Part shown: positions 57,966 through 64,000 of the stretch, in pieces
Layout: every line of letters starts with the position of its first letter
Position numbering within the stretch: position 1 is the stretch's first letter
NCBI RefSeq assembly: GCF_009914755.1
Contig: NC_060928.1
DNA from: the human T2T-CHM13v2.0 reference genome, Homo sapiens
DNA length: 64,000 bases
Direction: 5' to 3' (one strand)
Made by a program: the position numbers and the translations under genes
Notes under the pieces: generated by a model
Told to the model about the DNA's origin: nothing
Database searches by the model: none
The model's input: the letters and a program-made list of their open reading frames with translations, nothing else

Positions 57966-58754
57966 CAATCAGTCAGAAAATTGTCTTGGCTTTGCATTCC
58001 AAATATATCCAGAATGTTCCCTGGTGTGAACCTGGCCCAAGTTGCCATCATCCACCATCTCTTGTCAAGATTACTGTGTTGGGCTCCTGACCGGTCTCCT
58101 GGCTTCTGCCTTTGCCACTTTAGGCTGTTCTCCAGCTACCAGCCAGAGTGATCCTTTCAATCCGTAAGTCAGATCATGCCATGCCTCTGTTCAGAAACTT
58201 CCAGTGGCTTCCACCTCAGGAAAATGCCAAACTCCATATGCTGGTCCCCAAGGCCTCACTTATCTGGACTCACCTTACTCGTTCCAGCTCAGCCACACTG
58301 GACTTCTTGCTACCCTCACACAGGCAGGCTTGCCCTTGACCAGATTTCCTCGTCCTGGAATGCACCTCCCAGCTCTACAAAGGCTCTGCTCCCTCACCTC
58401 TTGGCTTAAATGTCACTTTCCAGGGAGCCCTTTCCTGATCACCTTATTTAAAATGGCATCCCCCTACTCCAACTTGTGGTAGCTACTATTACAATTCCCT
58501 GATTCATTTTTTCCTTATATTGATCACCATTTAATGCACCATGATTTAACTTATTTACTCACTTACTGTCTATCTGCCTTCACTCTAACGTAAGCTCTGT
58601 GAGGGACCTTTTTGCCTGTTTTGTTCACCATCGTATCCCCTGGCTCATAGCAGGTGCTCAAAAAATGTTTGAATGAATTGAATCAATGATTACAGGATGA
58701 TTGGTGCTGTTTATTCTCCTCCACCATGATGGCTCTTCTCTAGGAAAGTCTGAG
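57966..58754 (+). repeat. Inverted duplicate of 54340-54817 (L2 3' end plus unique flank)
   Basis: Reverse complement aligns by eye at roughly 90% identity. Confidence 0.9.
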
Positions 58755-59661
58755 TACCTGAGGAAGTCCTGGGCACAGAGGGATGACTGTCATTTAAAAC
58801 TTGATCCTCTCAAAATTCAGATATAAGTTTGATGTGATTACTCTTCTAATGCCAATAGTGTTGGGAAGGTGAAAACTGAATAAAATTATCTTGGAAGTTA
58901 TGTGGAAAAGTCAATGCCTAAGATAGCTAAGAGAAAATAGGTAAATTTTTAATATAAAATTAAAATTAAGTTACAGAAACATACAGTGAATATTTTTCTT
59001 CTGTCTTTGTCCCACATCTGCCCAGTTCCATCTTACCCCCCACCATATGTATCCCTCCAGAATTTCTTTATACATAGACAAGCAGATATGAGTACAAAAA
59101 TCTTTTCTCCATTGTTTTTTACACAAATGTTAATACTGTACACATTGAATCTTGCTTCTGCTTAATATGCCTCTAAGGTATTTGTAGTACAAAAAGAGCT
59201 TTCTTGTCCTTTATTATACAGCAGCCTCATGTCTCCATCATATGAATATACTATAATTTGACGAGTCCCCTAGGACATGGTTTCTAACATTTTGTTACGA
59301 AAAGCAATGTTCCAAAATATGTACTTTTTCTTCTTAATGAAAAAATATATATAGAATAAGCTTCCAAAAGTAGAACTGCTGGGAATATGCATTTGAAATT
59401 TGGCCAAATTGCCCAGGGCTTATGCTCTTACCAGCAATGTGAGAGTGTGTTCACCCAAAACTCGTCAACACAGTATGTCACTAAACTTTTGGATTGCTGC
59501 TGATATAAGAGGTGAAAAATGACATCTTAGCATAGTTTTCATCTGTACTTCTTATCAGGAGTGAGGGTATCTTTTAAGAATAATGTGTATTTTTTTTCCC
59601 AAAAACTCTTTATGTTCTTTGCTCATATTTCTATTAAGTTGAAGGATAGACAAAAGACTCA

Positions 59662-59860
<199 letters not shown>

Positions 59861-60152
59861 AAGAAAATAGAGAATCCTGAACAGATGTAATAATATATTT
59901 ATGTTTCAAATAGGATGAAAATGATTTTTCATGTCTAGAAAAGGCAAATTTACAGACACAGAAAGCATATCTGAGATTACCTAGGCTGGAAGGTAAACAG
60001 GTAAACTTTTGGAGGTTATAGAAATGTTCTAAAATTGAATTGCAATGATGGTTGTAAAACTATCAACTTCTTACTAAAATCACTTAACAAAAGTTAAATT
60101 TTATGGTATATAAATTATACCTCAAAAAAGCTATTTTTAAAAAATTATTTTT

Positions 60153-62175
60153 GGAAGTCATAGAGCAATCAGGCAAGAGAAAGAAATAAAAGGCATCCAA
60201 ATTGGAAAAGAACAAGTGAAATTATCTCTGTTCACCGATGACATGATTGTATACCTAGAAAACTCTAAAGGCTCCTCTGAAAGATTCCTACACTTGATAA
60301 ACAACTTCAGTAATGTTTCAGGATAAAAAATCAACATATGGAAATCAGCAGCATTTCTATATATCAATAATATTCAAGCTGAGAACCAAATCAATAACTC
60401 AATCCAAAAAAAAGAACTCAATCCCCGCAGTGGCCACAAAAGAATAAAATAGGAATACATTTAACCAAAGAAGTAAAAGATCTCTACAAGGACAACTACA
60501 AAACACTGATGAAAGAAATTGTAGATGATATAAACAAGTGGAAAAACATCCCATGCTCATGGATTGGAATAATTTATATCATTAAAATGACTATACTGCC
60601 CAAGGCAATCTACAGATTCAATGCGATCCCTATTAAATTACCAACATCATTTTTAACAGAATTAGAAGAAAACAATCCTAAAGTTCATAGGGAACCAAAA
60701 AAGAGCCCGAATAGCCAAAGTAATCCTAAGCAAAAAGAACAAATTTAGAGGCATCACACTGCCTGACTTCAAATTATGCTACCAAACTATAGTAACTGAA
60801 ACAGCATGGTGCTGCTACAAAATTAGACACATAGGTTAATGGAATAGGACAGAGAACCCAGAAATAAAGCCACATACCTACATGTAACTGATCCTTAACA
60901 AAGTCAACAAAAATAAACAACAGAGAAAGGACATCCCAGTCAATGAGTGGTGCTGGGAAAACTAGCTCGACATATGCAGAAGAATGAACCTGGATCCCTA
61001 TCTCTCACCATATATAAAAATTAACTCAAGGTATATTAAAGACTTAAGTATAAGACCTGAAACTATAAAAATCCTAGAAGAAAACTTAGGGAAAACTCTT
61101 CTGGACATTGGCCTAGGCAAAGAATTTATGCTGAAGACCTTAAAAGCAAATGCAACAAAAATAAAAATAGTCAAATGGGACTTAATTGAACTAAAATGCT
61201 TTTGCATAACAAAATAAATAATCAGCAGAGTAAACAGACAACCTATAGAATGGGAAAAGTATTTGCAAATTATGCCTCTGACAAAGGACTAATATCCAGA
61301 ATCTACAAGGAACTCAAACAACTCAACAAGAAAAAGACAAACAACCCCATTAAAAATGGCAATCCTAGCCATGTCTACAGGAGCAGACATTTCTCAAAAG
61401 AAGAAATACAAGCAGTCAACAAACACATGAAAAAATGCTCATCACTAATTATCAGAGAAATGCAAATTAAGACCACAATCAGATACCATCTTACACCAGT
61501 CAGAATGGCTATTATTAAAAAGTCAAAAGCAACAGATGTTGGTATGGATGTGGAGAAAAGGGAATGCTTATACACTGATGATGGGAATGTAAATTAGTTC
61601 AATCCCTATGGAAAATGGTATGGAGATTTCTCAAAGAACTAAAAACAGAACTACCAGTTCAACCCAGCAGTCTCACTAGCAGTGAGACTAAGGAAAAGAA
61701 AACACATTATAAAAAAGTCACCCGCATTCATATGTTCATTGCAGCACTATTCAAGTCATGGAACCAACCTAAGTGTCCATCAACAGTTGATGGGATAAAG
61801 AAATATATACCATGGAATACTAGATAGCCATAAAAAATGAAATCATGTCTTTTGCAGCAACATGGATGGAGCTGAAGGCCATTATCCTAAGTGAACTAAC
61901 TCAGAAAAAGAAAACCAAATACTGCACATTCTCACTTATAAGTGGGAGCTAAACAATGGATTCATATAAACACAAAGATGGAAATAATAGACACTGGGGA
62001 TTCAAAAATGGGAGAGGGTAGAAGGGGGGATGAGGGTTGAAAAAAAACTTATCTGGTACAATGTTCACTATTTAGGTAAGGGATACACTAGAAGCCCAAT
62101 TCCTACTAGTATGCAATATGCCAGCTAACAAACATGCACATATAACCCCTGAATCTAAAATGAAATAAAAATAAA
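60153..62175 (+). mobile_element. 5'-truncated L1PB-type element
   Basis: Fragmented ORF2 peptides ([28 protein letters not shown]; [20 protein letters not shown]) and L1PB-like 3'UTR with A-rich tail. Confidence 0.92.
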
Positions 62176-62274
62176 GAGGAAAAATGATATTTTTAATCCC
62201 ATGAGGAGGAATTAGGTATTAAGTAGAGATGCTAGAATGATTATCCAGTCAGAAGAAAGTTAAAATGGACCTTT

Positions 62275-62500
62275 CCAGCCTGGAGAACATAAAGAGATAC
62301 CCCATCTCTACAAAAAATAAAATAAAATTAACTGGGTGTGGTATTGGGGCCTATAGTCCCAGCTACTGAAGAGGCTGAGATGGGAGGATCATTTGAGCCT
62401 GGGAGGTTGAGGTTGCAGTGATCAAGCCACTGTACTCCAGCCTGGGTGATGAAGCAAGACCCTGTCTCAAAGAGGAAACAAACAAACAAACAAACAAAAA
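62275..62500 (+). mobile_element. 5'-truncated AluJ with (CAAA)n tail
   Basis: Partial left and full right monomer. Confidence 0.85.
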
Positions 62501-62624
62501 ACTAAGGTGGGTGAGAGCTTTTTAATTAAGGTTGGAAACTCAGAAGCTATAAAAGGACAGATACACATATTTGACCAGATAAATATGAAAAACTTTTGTT
62601 TGGAAAAGATACCAGAAGCTAAGT

Positions 62625-62980
62625 CCTACGATCTGAATTTTAAGTGTCCCCCCAAAATTAATATGTCAAAACCTAATCCTCAAGGTGATAGTATTAAGAG
62701 GTGAGGCCTTTGGGAGGTGATCAGGTTATAAGAGCTCTGCCCTCATGAATGGGATTAGTGCCTTTATAAAAGAGGCTTGAGGGAGCTTGTTCATCACTTC
62801 TGCCATGTGAGGACACAGAAGGTGTCATCTATGAGGAATAGGCCCTCACCAAACACCAAAACTGCTGGCATCTTAGTTTTGCACTTTCCAGCCTCCAGAA
62901 TTGTGAGCAATAAATTCCTGTTGTTTATACATTACCCACTCTAAAATGTTTTATTGTAGGAGCCCAACCGGAATAAGATG
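62625..62980 (+). mobile_element. MST/MLT1A-type MaLR LTR
   Basis: gaggcctttgggaggtgatcagg..ccctcatgaatgggattagtgcc..ccagcctccagaattgtgagcaataaa. Confidence 0.85.
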
Positions 62981-63129
62981 CTAAGGCAATAGGTAAACAC
63001 TAGCTTGGGGAGCAGGGGAAGACTGTCAACTCAGAGATCAGATAGAGGGTGAATAGCTATAATATACAGAGAATTCTTTTTTTTTAAAAAACTGTGTATA
63101 GATTTAATTGCCTGTTGGACATTTACATT

Positions 63130-64000
63130 TCTTTTTTTAAATTTTATTATTATCATACTTTAAGTTTTAGGGTACATGTGCACAATGTGCAGGTTTGTTA
63201 CATATGTAAACATGTGCCATGTTGGTGTGCTGCACCCATTGACTCGTCATTTAGCATTAGGTATATCTCCTAATGCTATCCCTCCCCGTCTCCCCACCCC
63301 ACAACAGTCCCTGGTGTGTGATGTTCTCCTTCCTGTGTCCATGTGTTCTCATTGTTCAATTCCCACCTATGAGTGAGAACATGCAGTGTTTGGTTTTTTG
63401 TCCTTGCGATAGTTTGCTGAGAATGACGGTTTCCAGTTTCATCCATATCCCTACAAAGGACATGAACTCATCATTTTTTATGGCTGCATAGTATTCCATG
63501 GTACATATGTGCTACATTTTCTTAATCCAGTCTATCGCTGTTGGACATTTGGGTTGGCTCCAAGTCTTTGCTATTGTGAATAGTGCCGCAATAAACATAC
63601 GTGTGCATGTGTCTTTATAGCAGCATGATTTATAATCCTTTGGGTATATACCCAGTAATGGGATGGCTGGGTCAAATGGTATTTCTAGTTCTAGATCCCT
63701 GAGGAATCGCCACACTGACTTCCGCAATGGTTGAACTAGTTTACAGTCCCACCAACAGTGTAAAAGTGTTCCTATTTCTCCACATCCTCTCCAGCACCTG
63801 TTGTTTCCTGACTTTTTAATGATCCTCATTCTAACTGGTGTGAGATGGTATCTCATTGTGGTTTTGATTTGCATTTCTCTGTTTGCCAGTGATGATGAGC
63901 ATTTTTTTCATGTGTTTTTTGGCTGCCTAAATATCTTCTTTTGAGAAGTGTCTGTTCATATCCTTCGCCCACTTTTTGATGGGGTCATTTGTTTTCCTCT
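63130..64000 (-). mobile_element. Young primate L1PA (about L1PA3-5) 3' end, continues beyond window
   Basis: ORF 63512-63874(-) is near-identical to L1 ORF2 C-terminus ([39 protein letters not shown]); L1PA 3'UTR. Confidence 0.95.

Overview
This is human (primate) genomic DNA, not microbial. Positions 1-~19400 hold the 3' end of TBC1D19 on the + strand. Five GT-AG-bounded coding exons splice in frame to ...VAPLCFLYHEPSKLYQIFREMYVRFFFRLHSISSHPSGIVSLCLLFETLLQTYLPQLFYHLREIGAQPLRISFKWMVRAFSGYLATDQLLLLWDRILGYNSLEILAVLAAAVFAFRAVNLMEVTSLAAAEAVLADLSTLKVMPLLQIFLFATVT*, followed by a 3'UTR with several AATAAA signals. From recall, the locus is chr4p15.2, upstream of STIM2. The remaining ~45 kb is repeat-dense intergenic sequence (Alu, L1, L2, MIR, MaLR/ERV LTRs, MER DNA transposons). 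None of the ORFs in the supplied track is a real gene. I found no convincing novel multi-gene system. The most notable signals are: a young AluYb8 with intact TSD; several local non-transposon duplications (a ~0.8 kb inverted duplication, a ~65 bp fold-back hairpin, a ~275 bp direct duplication); a possible RNA hairpin over a TBC1D19 splice acceptor; and a small exon-like segment on the - strand. Repeat boundaries and subfamily names were read by eye and are approximate.
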